A stretch of DNA of 64,000 nt from an uncultured Gammaproteobacteria bacterium (lineage in GTDB: Bacteria; Patescibacteriota; Microgenomatia; Levybacterales; UBA12049), in the NCBI GenBank assembly GCA_964533055.1, contig CAZHKZ010000002.1, positions 8,129 to 72,128 of the forward strand, given 5' to 3'. A program made the position numbers and the translations under genes. The notes below the pieces were generated by a model. It made no database searches and was not told the DNA's origin. It saw only the letters and a program-made list of their open reading frames with translations. This document shows positions 1 to 10,538 of this stretch, piece by piece (position 1 is the stretch's first letter; each line of letters begins with the position of its first letter).

Positions 1-2
1 TT

Positions 3-983
3 GAAACACTTGCATTTAATGTTTCAGCGCTTGTTCTCGCTATGAATGGGTTTGGAGTGAGTAGCTTCACCTATGCTGTAGTGCTTCGTGGTGTGCTTGG
101 ACTCATAGCTGTTTATATTATTTCACCTTGGAAAATAAAGATTGGAATCTCAAGAAAAGCTGCAAAAGAGCTGATGTCATTTGGTATTCCTTTTCAAATT
201 AATTCATTACTCGCGCTGGCAAAAGATAATCTATTTTTTCTCTATCTTGGTGCTGTTTTGCCGCCAGCAGCACTTGGATACATTGGAGTCGCACAGAAGT
301 GGGCATATATACCGCTTCGCTTGATCATGGACAATCTTATTAGAATTACCTTCCCATCTTTTTCTCGACTTGCACATAGTCCTGAATATCTAGGAAAAGC
401 AATTGAGAAGACATTATTTAGCACCGCGTTTTTTATCTTTCCAGCAGTAACTGGAATGGTAATTCTTATGCCGCACTTTATGAGTGTTTTTCCTAAGTAT
501 CAGAAATGGGAGCCAGCTCTTGTTTCACTTACGTTTTTTGGAATAAACGCGATTCTCTCGTCAATTTCCACACCTCTGACTAATGCACTAAATGCTATTG
601 GAAAGATAAAGGTCACATTGTATCTGATGGTATTTTGGACAATAGCCACATGGGTGATTACTCCAACTATGATTCATTTTTATGGGTTTAACGGAGTATC
701 AATTGCATCTGCAATTATTGCGTTAAGTTTTGTTGGGGTTGTAATGCTTGTAAAACGGTTCATTGCCTTTTCAATATTTAAGATCATTTTATATCCGCTC
801 ATTGCCACAATTTGTATGGGAATAGCGCTGAGTGTTTTTGGAAATTACTTTATTACAAGCTATCTTACAATATTCATTGGAATAGTTATTGGCGCACTAG
901 TTTATTTTGCTGTAATGTATCTACTAGCATCAGCTATGATAAGAGCAGATATCCAGATGATAAAGGAGAATCTTAAAAAATAA
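3..983 (+). CDS. Wzx/MOP-family oligosaccharide flippase (5'-partial)
   Basis: Frame is open from position 3 (ETLAFNVSALVLAM...). Polytopic hydrophobic protein with the Wzx-like pattern 'LGYIGVAQKWA...RITFPSFSRL' and 'NAIGK'. Confidence 0.8.
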   Translation, partial: ETLAFNVSALVLAMNGFGVSSFTYAVVLRGVLGLIAVYIISPWKIKIGISRKAAKELMSFGIPFQINSLLALAKDNLFFLYLGAVLPPAALGYIGVAQKWAYIPLRLIMDNLIRITFPSFSRLAHSPEYLGKAIEKTLFSTAFFIFPAVTGMVILMPHFMSVFPKYQKWEPALVSLTFFGINAILSSISTPLTNALNAIGKIKVTLYLMVFWTIATWVITPTMIHFYGFNGVSIASAIIALSFVGVVMLVKRFIAFSIFKIILYPLIATICMGIALSVFGNYFITSYLTIFIGIVIGALVYFAVMYLLASAMIRADIQMIKENLKK

Positions 984-1894
984 TGAAAATCAGTGTTTGC
1001 ATCACGACATTTAATAGCCAGGAGCATATAGAAGATTGTCTAAAATCTGTTAGTTTCGCAGATGAGATAATTGTTGTTGATCATGAATCAATAGACAATA
1101 CGTTGTCAATTGTTAAGAAGTACACAAAAAATATCTATATTCAAAAGAATGACCCAGAGAAAATAGATCTTCAAAAGAATTTTGGATTTAAAAAAGCTAC
1201 TAATGATTGGATTTTGAGTTTGGATGCTGATGAGCGTGTTCCAGGTGATCTTGCAAAAGAGATTGGTCAGAAAATAAGTATTACTGGTAATGAATATGTT
1301 GGGTATAGAATACCTAGAAAAAATATTATATTTGGAAAATGGATCCAGCACTCACTTTGGTGGCCAGACCTTCAGTTGAGATTATTTCAAAGAGGTAAAG
1401 GTCAGTACTCCCAAGATAACGTTCATAAAGATCTTCAACTAAGTGGGGAATGTGGAAAGCTTGAAAATGTGTTAATACACGAGAATTATCAATCGATTTC
1501 ACAATACTTGCAGAAGATGGATGTATACACTCAGTCAGAGGCAAAAGCATATGTTGCAAGTGGGAAGAAAGTTCATATGACAGACGCAATGAGGTTTCCA
1601 GTTCAAGACTTTCTTAAGACATTTTTCCTTCAAAATGGTTATAGGGATGGTCTCCATGGCTTTGTTCTGAGTTCACTACAAGCATTTTATGCATTTCTTA
1701 TTTTTGCAAAATGCTGGGAAATACAAGGATTTAAGGAAGAGAATAGCGAAGACTTCTTAAAAGTTGTTGAGAGGGAGTGGATTAGAGCTCAGAAGGAAAT
1801 CTCATATTGGTTCTTAACATCATTTATTTCACGAACAAAGAACCCTCTAAAAAAAATGCGACTCTCTCTTCAAAGAAAGGTTAAGACTGTTTAA
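983..1894 (+). CDS. GT2 glycosyltransferase, beta-1,4-glucosyltransferase (WaaE/LgtF)-like
   Basis: 'ISVCITTFN...ADEIIVVDHESIDNT', 'WILSLDADERV', C-terminal 'GYRDGLHGF'. TAATG coupling to the upstream gene. Confidence 0.88.
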   Translation: MKISVCITTFNSQEHIEDCLKSVSFADEIIVVDHESIDNTLSIVKKYTKNIYIQKNDPEKIDLQKNFGFKKATNDWILSLDADERVPGDLAKEIGQKISITGNEYVGYRIPRKNIIFGKWIQHSLWWPDLQLRLFQRGKGQYSQDNVHKDLQLSGECGKLENVLIHENYQSISQYLQKMDVYTQSEAKAYVASGKKVHMTDAMRFPVQDFLKTFFLQNGYRDGLHGFVLSSLQAFYAFLIFAKCWEIQGFKEENSEDFLKVVEREWIRAQKEISYWFLTSFISRTKNPLKKMRLSLQRKVKTV

Positions 1895-1895
1895 T

Positions 1896-2810
1896 ATGCA
1901 AAAAATTGTCATCTCACTTATTGACTATAAAGGGCAGCAGAAGACTGATTCATGTCTTCTGTCGTTAGACCAGATGAGATTTACGAATATGGAAGTTGAA
2001 GTGGTTGTTATAGATAACTTTCCTTCAAGCCCATTTAAGTCTGAAAGGAAATATAAAAACTTCCAACTAAAAGTAATTAGACCAGAAAAAAACTTAGGGT
2101 TTGCAGGAGGTCACAATTTAGGAATAGAGTATGCAAAAGCAAAAGAAGCTGATTTTGTGATTGTTTTGAATAATGACACAACGGTTGATGAGAACTTGCT
2201 CGTCGAGCTTGTGAGGCCATGTGAGAAGGACAGTAAGATTGGGGCAGTTGTCCCAAAGATCTATTTCATGAAAGGGCATGAATATCATAAAGATAGGTAT
2301 AGGCAGTCAGATTTAGGCAAGGTAATTTGGTATGCGGGTGGACACATGGACTGGGATAACATTAATGGAGTGCATGAAGGCGTAGATGAAGTAGACAATG
2401 GTCAGTTTGATCAAGACAGAAAAGTAGATCTACTCACAGGATGTTGTGTTCTTTTTACGAAAAGTGCCCTTGAGTCGATTGGAGGGTTTAATGAATCATA
2501 CTTTCTTTATTATGAGGATGCTGATCTAAATGAGAGATTGAAGAAGGCAGGTTTTAAAGTTCATTTTGCGGCAAAAGCGCATCTTTGGCACCTCAATGCT
2601 GGTTCGACTGGTGGGTCTGGTTCTGTTTTGCAGGACTACTTTATAAGTCGCAATAGACTGCTTTTTGGTATGAGATTTGCATCAAGTAGAACAAAGATCG
2701 CGCTTATCCGTGAGAGTTTACGAATTCTGGTCTCAGGGAGAGAATGGCAAAAAATTGGTGTGAAAGATTTTTATAAACGAAAATTTGGAAAAGGAAGTTT
2801 TGGACTGTGA
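1896..2810 (+). CDS. GT2 glycosyltransferase (WbbL/rhamnosyltransferase-like)
   Basis: 'NLGFAGGHNLG', 'VLNNDT', 'GGFNESYFLYYEDADL', 'RNRLLF'. Confidence 0.88.
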   Translation: MQKIVISLIDYKGQQKTDSCLLSLDQMRFTNMEVEVVVIDNFPSSPFKSERKYKNFQLKVIRPEKNLGFAGGHNLGIEYAKAKEADFVIVLNNDTTVDENLLVELVRPCEKDSKIGAVVPKIYFMKGHEYHKDRYRQSDLGKVIWYAGGHMDWDNINGVHEGVDEVDNGQFDQDRKVDLLTGCCVLFTKSALESIGGFNESYFLYYEDADLNERLKKAGFKVHFAAKAHLWHLNAGSTGGSGSVLQDYFISRNRLLFGMRFASSRTKIALIRESLRILVSGREWQKIGVKDFYKRKFGKGSFGL

Positions 2811-3601
2811 AAAAGCGTACCCTCTCAGTAATAATTCTTACAAAAAATGAAGAATCAATGATCGCAGATTGTTTGTCATCTGTATCATTTGCCGATGAGA
2901 TTGTCGTCGTTGACAATTATTCTACCGACTCAACTGTTGAAATCGCCAAAAAACAGCATGCAAAAGTTATTAGTACAAATGCAGCAAGTTTTTCTATTAG
3001 ACGCGAGATTGGCCTTCAGAAAGCCGGGAATACTTACATTTTTTATCTTGATGCTGATGAGAGAGTGTCTCCAGAGTTAAAAATTGAGATTCAAGATTTT
3101 TTGTCATCAGCTAAAGATACAGACGCATATATTATTAAAAGACAAAATTATTATCTCGGTAAAAATCCCTGGCCTAAAATTGAGCATTTTCCACGTTTCT
3201 TTAAGAGAACAAGTCTTAAGGGTTGGCGTGGCGATCTCCATGAATCACCCATTTTTAACGGTACTCAGGGTGAATTTTCGGGGTATATCGAGCATTTTAC
3301 ACACAGGAATTTTTCATCAATGGTGGCAAAGACGAATGAGTGGTCTGGTGTTGAGGCCAAGTTGAGATTTGATGCGTCTCATCCGAAGATGTCTTGGTGG
3401 AGATTCCCTAGAGTGATGCTTGGAGCCTTTTATGAGTCATTTGTGACTGCGCAGGGATTTAAGGCAGGAAAAGTAGGCTTTATGGAGAGTGTTTATCAAA
3501 GTTTTAGTATGTTCATCACGTACGCGAAGCTGTGGGAGCTTCAGGTTAATCAAGCGAACGCTGCAAAAAGTACTCATAAAAGGGAAAAATTGCTACAATA
3601 A
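2807..3601 (+). CDS. GT2 glycosyltransferase, WaaE/LgtF-like
   Basis: 'LSVIILTKNEE', 'ADEIVVVDNYSTDST', 'YLDADERVS', 'LHE'. GTGA overlap. Confidence 0.88.
   Translation: MKKRTLSVIILTKNEESMIADCLSSVSFADEIVVVDNYSTDSTVEIAKKQHAKVISTNAASFSIRREIGLQKAGNTYIFYLDADERVSPELKIEIQDFLSSAKDTDAYIIKRQNYYLGKNPWPKIEHFPRFFKRTSLKGWRGDLHESPIFNGTQGEFSGYIEHFTHRNFSSMVAKTNEWSGVEAKLRFDASHPKMSWWRFPRVMLGAFYESFVTAQGFKAGKVGFMESVYQSFSMFITYAKLWELQVNQANAAKSTHKREKLLQ
3591..3599 (+). promoter_or_regulatory. Extended -10 promoter element (TGcTACAAT), 6 nt before GTG 3606
   Basis: Sequence tgctacaat-aatact-GTG; same geometry as at 24645, 46122 and 62684. Confidence 0.5.
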
Positions 3602-3605
3602 TACT

Positions 3606-4682
3606 GTGAAGATTGCAATTTTTGATCCTTATTTAGATACCATGTCAGGTGGAGAGAAATATATGCTTACTGCAGCACTCTCTTTGGCAAAGGACCATGA
3701 TGTGACAATTCTTTGGGACACATCTCAAAAATCAGAAATAGCACTCAAAGCGAAACGACGTTTTGGATTTGAGTTAGCACCATTTGCCTTCAAGGATTCT
3801 TTTTTTACAAAAAAAGTATCACTATTCTCACGTTTGATTCAGAGTAGGGCGTATGATGCGATTCTTGTACTAAGTGATGGAAGTATTCCTCTTGTTTCTT
3901 GTGATCTAGTCCTTCATTTTCAGTCGCCAATGGAATGGGTGAGAGCAGACTCATTCCTTTCTAGAATTAAGCTTTTTCGAGTTAAAAGATTTATCTGCAA
4001 TTCAGTTTTTACAAAAGAATATATAGATAAGCGTTTTCATATTGTTAGTGATATTGTCTATCCTCCCGTCTCAATCCAGGCTGATGGAGATTTGTCGATA
4101 AAAGAGAACTATATTCTCAATGTTGGAAGATTCGGGATTACTGGAAAGGGTTCTAGTCTTAAGAAGCAGGATGTTCTCGCAGATGTCTTTTCCGAGATGA
4201 TAAAAAGCGATCTTAAAAATTGGAAAATGGTCTTTATTATGAGTGTTATGGATCAGGAGAAAATAGATTGTGATAAATTTATCCAAAAATATAAAGGACA
4301 ACCGATTGAGTTTATCATTAATCCTACAAACGCAGAGCTTTGGTCCTGGTATAAAAAATCAAGTATTTACTGGCATGCATCTGGGTTTGGGGAGGACATC
4401 AGGGCTCACCCAGATAGAGCTGAGCACTTTGGGATTGCAACTGTGGAGGCGATGGGCGCTGGCCTTATCCCTATTGTGATTAATGCAGGTGGTCAGAAGG
4501 AGATTGTTCAGAACGGGGTAAATGGGTATTTATGGGATACAAAAGAGGAATTGGTAAAGAGAACTCTTGAAGTTATTGAAGATAAGAAGAAACGAACTGA
4601 AATGGCAAAAGCCTCGATAGATAGCGTACATCATTACTCGCTTGAAGAATTTGAGAGGAAAATTCAGGCAATTTTTCTATGA
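3606..4682 (+). CDS. GT4 (GT-B) glycosyltransferase
   Basis: Likely start GTG 3606 (VKIAIFDPYLDTMSGGEKY); 'NVGRF', 'EHFGIATVEAMGAG', 'GGQKEIV'. Confidence 0.9.
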   Translation: MKIAIFDPYLDTMSGGEKYMLTAALSLAKDHDVTILWDTSQKSEIALKAKRRFGFELAPFAFKDSFFTKKVSLFSRLIQSRAYDAILVLSDGSIPLVSCDLVLHFQSPMEWVRADSFLSRIKLFRVKRFICNSVFTKEYIDKRFHIVSDIVYPPVSIQADGDLSIKENYILNVGRFGITGKGSSLKKQDVLADVFSEMIKSDLKNWKMVFIMSVMDQEKIDCDKFIQKYKGQPIEFIINPTNAELWSWYKKSSIYWHASGFGEDIRAHPDRAEHFGIATVEAMGAGLIPIVINAGGQKEIVQNGVNGYLWDTKEELVKRTLEVIEDKKKRTEMAKASIDSVHHYSLEEFERKIQAIFL

Positions 4683-6910
4683 AGTCGAAGCTCATTGCAC
4701 CGTTGGTATTTGTTCTTTGTCTGATTTTCTTTTTTAAAGCATTTTTCTTTAGTGGTTTATTGCCAATTCCTTCAGATTTGCTTGTTGGTTTGTTTCATCC
4801 ATTTAGGGACTCATATGCAAAAGAATATCCAAGAGGAATTCCATTTAAAAATTTTCTCCTTACCGACCCAATTACTCAGCAGATACCATGGAGAGATTTA
4901 TCATTTCAGGAGATGGGTTCAGGTAGTCTTCCTCTTTGGAACCCATATCAAATGGCTGGATATCCGCTCTTAGCGAATATTCAATCAGCACCTTTCTATC
5001 CATTCAATCTTCTTTTTTTAATTCTGCCATTCTCCCTTGGATGGTCAATGCTTATTATCTCTCAGCCCTTAATTGCGATGATAGGAATGTATCTTTTTCT
5101 GAGGCAAGAGAAATTGAGCAAAGAGAGTAGTATTTTTGCGTCGATTATTTTTGCGTTTAGTGGGTTTATGGTCGCATGGCTTGAATGGGGGACGATAGGT
5201 TCAACTGCTGCGTGGATGCCTCTAATGCTATATTTCTTTTCAAGGACAGTTATCGATAAGAGAAAATTACCCCCCTCCTTTTTGTTAGGATTTGCAGTTA
5301 TCTGCTCTTATCTTGCTGGGCATACTCAAACATTTTTCTATGAGATGGTTATTCTTGTCTCATATATAGCTTTTTGTTTCATTAGTAAAAAGTCTCAGCT
5401 TAAAAGCATCCTACCTTCATTATTGGCTATCGGAATTGCATCAAGTATCTTGTTGCCGCTAATCTTGATGCAGTTTCAGTTTATCAATCTTTCTGCGCGA
5501 ATGGTCGATCTTGATTGGCATGCTGTTGGGTGGTTTATTCCGTGGCAGAATCTGATTCAATTTATCGCCCCAAATTATTTTGGCAATCCTGCAACGGGAA
5601 ATTATTGGGGAGTATGGAACTATAGTGAGTTTTTGGGATACGTTGGCATTCTCCCGATAATTTTTGCTTTTGCTGCGCTTCTCTTTGTGAGAAGTCGACA
5701 GGTTTTTTACTTTGGTGCTGTTGCGTTCTTAGCATTTCTTATTGGATTCCCGACTGTGCTTGCATACCTACCTTTTCAAGCGGATATTCCCTTCCTATCG
5801 TCTGCACAGCCTACGCGAATTCTATTTGTTATAGATTTTGCGCTAGCAGTACTCTGTGCATATGGTCTGGAGGCATTTAAAAAAATGCCAAAAAAATCAT
5901 TATTCTTGCCCGCTGGGATTTTGCTTATTCTTGGGGTAATTTTTATAGTTTCAAGGTCAATGATTGGTAGTAGTGCATTGACTCAGGAGAATTGGCTTGT
6001 TGCTCAGAGGAATCTTATTTTCCCAGTAATTTTTACGCTTATTTCTATAGCAATCTTTGTGTTGAGCTCTTTTCTTCCCAGAGCTAGAAGGTTTTTACCA
6101 GTTATCATAATCATTGTTGCTACTATTGACCTCTTTTTAGTTATGCAGAAGTATACGCCATTTACAACTAGTCAATACTTCTATCCAGAAGTGAAGTTGC
6201 TTACATACCTTAAAGACAAGTCGGGGATAAATAGAGTTATGAGTCTGGATAGAAGGATTCTTCATCCAAATATCGCAACAAAGTATCGGATTCAGATGAT
6301 TGAAGGGTATGATCCTCTTTATCTCCTTCGTTATGGTGAGCTCTTAGCAGCGTCAAAAAGACAAATGCCTGATATTGCACCACCCTTTGGATTCTCGAGA
6401 ATACTCACAACAGATCGTTATCTGAGTCCAATTATCAATCTTCTTGGAGTCAAATATATTCTTAGTCTTAATGAGATTAATGACCCTAATCTCAAAGAAG
6501 TGTACGCTCAGGGTCAGACAAAGGTTTATCAAAATAAGCTAGCTCTACCCCGAACATTCTTTGCAGCTCAAGTAAGCACCGTTAGTTCTAAAGAGGGCTC
6601 GATAGAGTTCCTATTTAGAGAAAAGAATTTGTTGGATAGAGTAGTTGCTGAGACAACGCAGACGATCTCAGGGGAGTACTCCAAAGGCATCGTGGAGGTC
6701 ATATCATATGAGCCTAACAGTGTTCAATTGAAGACATCTAATAAGGGCGAGGGTTTTTTGGTGCTGACCGATAGTTTTTATCCAACCTGGAAAGCATATA
6801 TTGATGGGAAGTCAACTCAAATTTACCTTACAGACTTTTTGTTTAGAGGTGTTGTTGTGCCAAGCGGCGACCATCATGTAGAATTTATCAATACTGTGTT
6901 TGCAAGATGA
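4679..6910 (+). CDS. YfhO-family polytopic membrane protein (GT-C-like glycosyltransferase)
   Basis: 'LPLWNPYQMAGYPLLAN', 'EFLGYVG', 'IEGYDPL', 'LLGVKY', 'LPRTF', C-terminal 'LVLTDSFYPTWKAYIDG...FRGVVVPSGDHHVEF'. Confidence 0.82.
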   Translation: MKSKLIAPLVFVLCLIFFFKAFFFSGLLPIPSDLLVGLFHPFRDSYAKEYPRGIPFKNFLLTDPITQQIPWRDLSFQEMGSGSLPLWNPYQMAGYPLLANIQSAPFYPFNLLFLILPFSLGWSMLIISQPLIAMIGMYLFLRQEKLSKESSIFASIIFAFSGFMVAWLEWGTIGSTAAWMPLMLYFFSRTVIDKRKLPPSFLLGFAVICSYLAGHTQTFFYEMVILVSYIAFCFISKKSQLKSILPSLLAIGIASSILLPLILMQFQFINLSARMVDLDWHAVGWFIPWQNLIQFIAPNYFGNPATGNYWGVWNYSEFLGYVGILPIIFAFAALLFVRSRQVFYFGAVAFLAFLIGFPTVLAYLPFQADIPFLSSAQPTRILFVIDFALAVLCAYGLEAFKKMPKKSLFLPAGILLILGVIFIVSRSMIGSSALTQENWLVAQRNLIFPVIFTLISIAIFVLSSFLPRARRFLPVIIIIVATIDLFLVMQKYTPFTTSQYFYPEVKLLTYLKDKSGINRVMSLDRRILHPNIATKYRIQMIEGYDPLYLLRYGELLAASKRQMPDIAPPFGFSRILTTDRYLSPIINLLGVKYILSLNEINDPNLKEVYAQGQTKVYQNKLALPRTFFAAQVSTVSSKEGSIEFLFREKNLLDRVVAETTQTISGEYSKGIVEVISYEPNSVQLKTSNKGEGFLVLTDSFYPTWKAYIDGKSTQIYLTDFLFRGVVVPSGDHHVEFINTVFAR

Positions 6911-7884
6911 AAATAAGTGTCGTTATCCCAAACTACAATGGAGAGAAATTGCTCCCAAAGAATATACCTCGAGTTGTCACTGTCTTGAATGAATATTGCC
7001 AAAAGTTTTCGACAACAATTCAGTTAGTTATTTGTGATGATGCGTCAAAAGACAGCAGTGCCACATACCTAAAGGAACTTGAGAAAAAAAGTACGGATGG
7101 AAAGGTCTCATACACGATCGGAATTAGAGAGAAAAATGGTGGGTTTTCGGCAAATGTAAATTATGGAGTTAGTCTAGCAACGGGAGATGTTCTTATTTTA
7201 CTTAATACAGACGTGATTCCAGAAAAAGGGTTTCTTGAACCACTGATTAAGCATTTTAAAGATGAGAATGTTTTTGCTGTTGGATGTATGGATAAGAGTG
7301 TTGAGGAGGTTGGTCAGATTGTTCTAAGAGGGAGAGGGATTGGATCATGGGTCAGAGGATTCTTGCAGCATGGTAAAGGGGATTTGGCGATGAGCAATAC
7401 TCTCTGGGTGAGTGGAGGCAGCGGCGCATTCAGTAAAAAGATTTGGGATGAAGTTGGAGGACTAACTGAATTAATGAACCCATTTTACTGGGAAGATATA
7501 GATATTTCATATAGAGCTCAGAAGTTTGGGTATAAAGTTCGTTTTGAGAAAGAGAGTATAGTCAGACATGAGCATGAAGCTGGGTCAATTAAACAGAACA
7601 CAAAACCATATAAGGTAAGGGTTATTTCATACAGAAACCAATTTTATTTTGTTTGGCTCAATATTAGTGATTGGTCACTTATGCTTAATCATATATTCTG
7701 GTTGCCATTTCATATTTTTTCAGCTGCAAAAAGGAAAGATATTGCATTTCTTAAAGGATTTTCTCTTGCAATGCTTAATGTTGTTTTTGTGCTCAGGCAA
7801 AGAGCGCTCAATCTCAGAAGGTTCAAAATTAGCGATAAGATAATTTTAGGTCAATTTGCAAAGGAATCCTCAAATGATATTTGA
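6907..7884 (+). CDS. GT2 glycosyltransferase
   Basis: 'ISVVIPNYNG', 'CDDASKD', 'NGGFSANVNYG', 'LLNTDV', 'PFYWEDIDISYRA'. Confidence 0.9.
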   Translation: MKISVVIPNYNGEKLLPKNIPRVVTVLNEYCQKFSTTIQLVICDDASKDSSATYLKELEKKSTDGKVSYTIGIREKNGGFSANVNYGVSLATGDVLILLNTDVIPEKGFLEPLIKHFKDENVFAVGCMDKSVEEVGQIVLRGRGIGSWVRGFLQHGKGDLAMSNTLWVSGGSGAFSKKIWDEVGGLTELMNPFYWEDIDISYRAQKFGYKVRFEKESIVRHEHEAGSIKQNTKPYKVRVISYRNQFYFVWLNISDWSLMLNHIFWLPFHIFSAAKRKDIAFLKGFSLAMLNVVFVLRQRALNLRRFKISDKIILGQFAKESSNDI

Positions 7885-9802
7885 AGTAGCTTTTTTTTCT
7901 TTTGTTCTCTTCATAGTCTTTTATCTACCAGGGAGATTTATAGTAAGAAAGTTTGGTTATACATTTCAATCTCAGACAATTCATCTTCCAGTCTCTTTTG
8001 CTGTCGGACTTTCCTCATTCATATTCTGTACATTCCTCCTTTCATATATCCGCTTAGACTTTCTTTATAACTTGTTCATACTCGTTCCGATAATTTATGA
8101 ACTCAAACAGATGTATAGAATTCAAAAGAAGAGAAAGAAAAAATATAGCATTCCATTTCTTAAAATTCTCTTGCTTACTGCAGGTTCGCTTTGGATGACA
8201 TTTCTTATGTGGAATTCTGGCAGAATTATTGATAACTCAATTGTCTTCTATGCAGTTAACTCAGTTGATGCTATCTGGCATCTGAGTCTTATTGGGAACT
8301 TAACCCATTCATTTCCTCCAACACATCCTGGATTAGATCCAGTAACCCTAAAAGGATACAATTTTCTTTATGATTTCCTCTTAGCTAGGTTTGTTACCTT
8401 TTATAGCTTTGATAAATTAGATTTATTTTTTAGGTTGTTTCCTCCATTCATAGCAATTTTCTACGGTCTATCTGGGTTTGCATTAGCCCAGATGCTTAAA
8501 ATGAAAAAAATTACAGCTTTCATTTTTGTCTACCTGCTTTATTTTGGATTTGGTTTCGAAGAATTGCTCTCTCATATATTTAGAATTGATCTTGATCCAG
8601 GTATAGTACACTCTTCTGCAAACATGGTTGATCCATCAGTGATTCTTTCAGTGATTTTACTTTTTTGTATCTTCATTTTATTTTTCTCTGCAAAGAATGC
8701 CAAACAAACTTTATTGCCAGCAATAATGTTAGGGATACTTCCCATGATCAAAATTTATACAGCAGTTTTGGCATTTATATCTTTTGCATGTATCGTGTTA
8801 AAGGATCTTTTATCTAGAAAGTATCAATCTATTCCCTTTTTAATTTGCGCTGGAATTGTAGCTGCGACTTTCTATGTACCAACAAATTTTGGAGCAGGTT
8901 CACTAGTGTTTGCACCATTCTTGATCTTTAAACATTACATGGAAGGTGAAAAGGTTTTTCCTGATATGTTGTGGCCATTAAAGCTTGCGACCTATCAGGT
9001 TGATCATAATTTGATTAGAATTGTACAGCTTTATCTGATTGCCGTTCTAAGTTTTATTATTCCAAGTCTTGGAATAAATATGTTGTCATTGGTAGAGTTG
9101 AGAAATATTTTTAAAGTAAGAACACTATCAGACCAGAATATATTTTTGATTATATTTATTCTTGCTGGATTTGTTATCCCTACGCTTTTTATTCAAAGTA
9201 TTGCTGTTTTTGTCATTATGCAATTCATGTGGATAGCATGCATTATTCTTTTTATTCCAACTGCAAATTCTGTCGCCTATATTCTGCAAACCCCAGGGAA
9301 AATAAAAATCTTAATTCTTTTCTGTATATTTATTTTGCTTAGTCTGATTGAGATGGCACCGATCTATAAACTTTATTCATCTGAGCCAGAAAAATTTCAG
9401 TCTAATCAATTAGAACTTCTAATGCAATTGGGGAAAGTTGTTCCAAGCTCAAACTCTGTGCTTGTGATAAAGTCACCTGAGCAATCTGAGTACAATAAGA
9501 TACTCTACACAACGCCTCTTGTCTCTGCGCTCACTTCTCGTAACGTTTATTATGAGCCAGAGGTGCTTGAATTCGCAAAGTTAGATGAAGTGAGAAATAG
9601 CAGAATTACGAATACTGCTTATTTTGAGTTGATGCTCCAGAACTGTAACCGTGACAAAATTATTGATGAAATAAAGCAATTTAAGACTAGTACAGACGTA
9701 TCGTATCTGCTAGTATTTAAAAATTATTCCTGCCTCTCATCCATCCCTAATCTTAAGAAGATATATGGGAAGGATTCGCTTAGTCTGTACCAATTCCAAT
9801 AA
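7874..9802 (+). CDS. Polytopic membrane protein, probable GT-C-fold transferase
   Basis: Likely start ATG 7874. Many TM segments; extracellular loop 'DAIWHLSLI...FPPTHPG...LKGYNFLYD'; soluble C-terminal tail. Confidence 0.6.
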   Translation: MIFEVAFFSFVLFIVFYLPGRFIVRKFGYTFQSQTIHLPVSFAVGLSSFIFCTFLLSYIRLDFLYNLFILVPIIYELKQMYRIQKKRKKKYSIPFLKILLLTAGSLWMTFLMWNSGRIIDNSIVFYAVNSVDAIWHLSLIGNLTHSFPPTHPGLDPVTLKGYNFLYDFLLARFVTFYSFDKLDLFFRLFPPFIAIFYGLSGFALAQMLKMKKITAFIFVYLLYFGFGFEELLSHIFRIDLDPGIVHSSANMVDPSVILSVILLFCIFILFFSAKNAKQTLLPAIMLGILPMIKIYTAVLAFISFACIVLKDLLSRKYQSIPFLICAGIVAATFYVPTNFGAGSLVFAPFLIFKHYMEGEKVFPDMLWPLKLATYQVDHNLIRIVQLYLIAVLSFIIPSLGINMLSLVELRNIFKVRTLSDQNIFLIIFILAGFVIPTLFIQSIAVFVIMQFMWIACIILFIPTANSVAYILQTPGKIKILILFCIFILLSLIEMAPIYKLYSSEPEKFQSNQLELLMQLGKVVPSSNSVLVIKSPEQSEYNKILYTTPLVSALTSRNVYYEPEVLEFAKLDEVRNSRITNTAYFELMLQNCNRDKIIDEIKQFKTSTDVSYLLVFKNYSCLSSIPNLKKIYGKDSLSLYQFQ

Positions 9803-9804
9803 CT

Positions 9805-10521
9805 ATGAAATTATCAATTGTTGTCCCGATCTTTAATGAAGAAAAGACATTAGAGAAACTGCTCACTCGCTTAAATCGTCTAGTGATCCCCGGTGTTGTA
9901 CCTGAATTTATATTAGTAGATGATGGGTCTAGTGATGACTCAAAGAAGATAGCTCAAAATTTTGTAATTAATAAGAGAAATTTTTTCCTCTTTCTTCATA
10001 AAAGAAATGCTGGAAAAGGAGCTGCGGTTAGAACTGGGATTAAAAAAGCAAAAGGAGACTTCGTTGTTATTCAAGATGCAGACCTTGAGTATGATCCAGC
10101 TCAGTTAGAAGGTCTCATGAGACCAATTCTCAATCAAGAAGCGTTAGTTGTATATGGAACGAGGATTAAGCATTTTCCTGCGTTCAGAAAGGATCTTTCA
10201 AAAACACGTTTTTTTATTCATTTTATTGGCAATAGGCTCCTAAGTCTTTTAACAAGCCTTCTCTACTTTGAATGGATCACGGATATGGAAACATGTTATA
10301 AAATAATTCCACGTAAATTTTTCGAGAGAACTCAATTGAAATCTGAAGGGTTTTCATTCGAACCTGAAGTAACTGCAAAAATTCTTAAATCTGGACTTAA
10401 AATCAAAGAACTTCCAATTACGACCAGGCCTAGGGGGTATAAGCAAGGGAAAAAACTTAGGACAATTCCTGATGGTCTAGAGGCAGTCTGGGCATTGATA
10501 AAATATCGATTTATTGATTAA
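9805..10521 (+). CDS. DPM1-like GT2 (polyprenol-phosphate glycosyltransferase)
   Basis: 'LSIVVPIFNEE', 'VDDGSSD', 'NAGKGAAVRTG', 'IQDADLEYDP', 'TDMETCYK', 'FEPEVTAK'. Confidence 0.88.
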   Translation: MKLSIVVPIFNEEKTLEKLLTRLNRLVIPGVVPEFILVDDGSSDDSKKIAQNFVINKRNFFLFLHKRNAGKGAAVRTGIKKAKGDFVVIQDADLEYDPAQLEGLMRPILNQEALVVYGTRIKHFPAFRKDLSKTRFFIHFIGNRLLSLLTSLLYFEWITDMETCYKIIPRKFFERTQLKSEGFSFEPEVTAKILKSGLKIKELPITTRPRGYKQGKKLRTIPDGLEAVWALIKYRFID

Positions 10522-10538
10522 GTAGAAGTGGGAGAAAT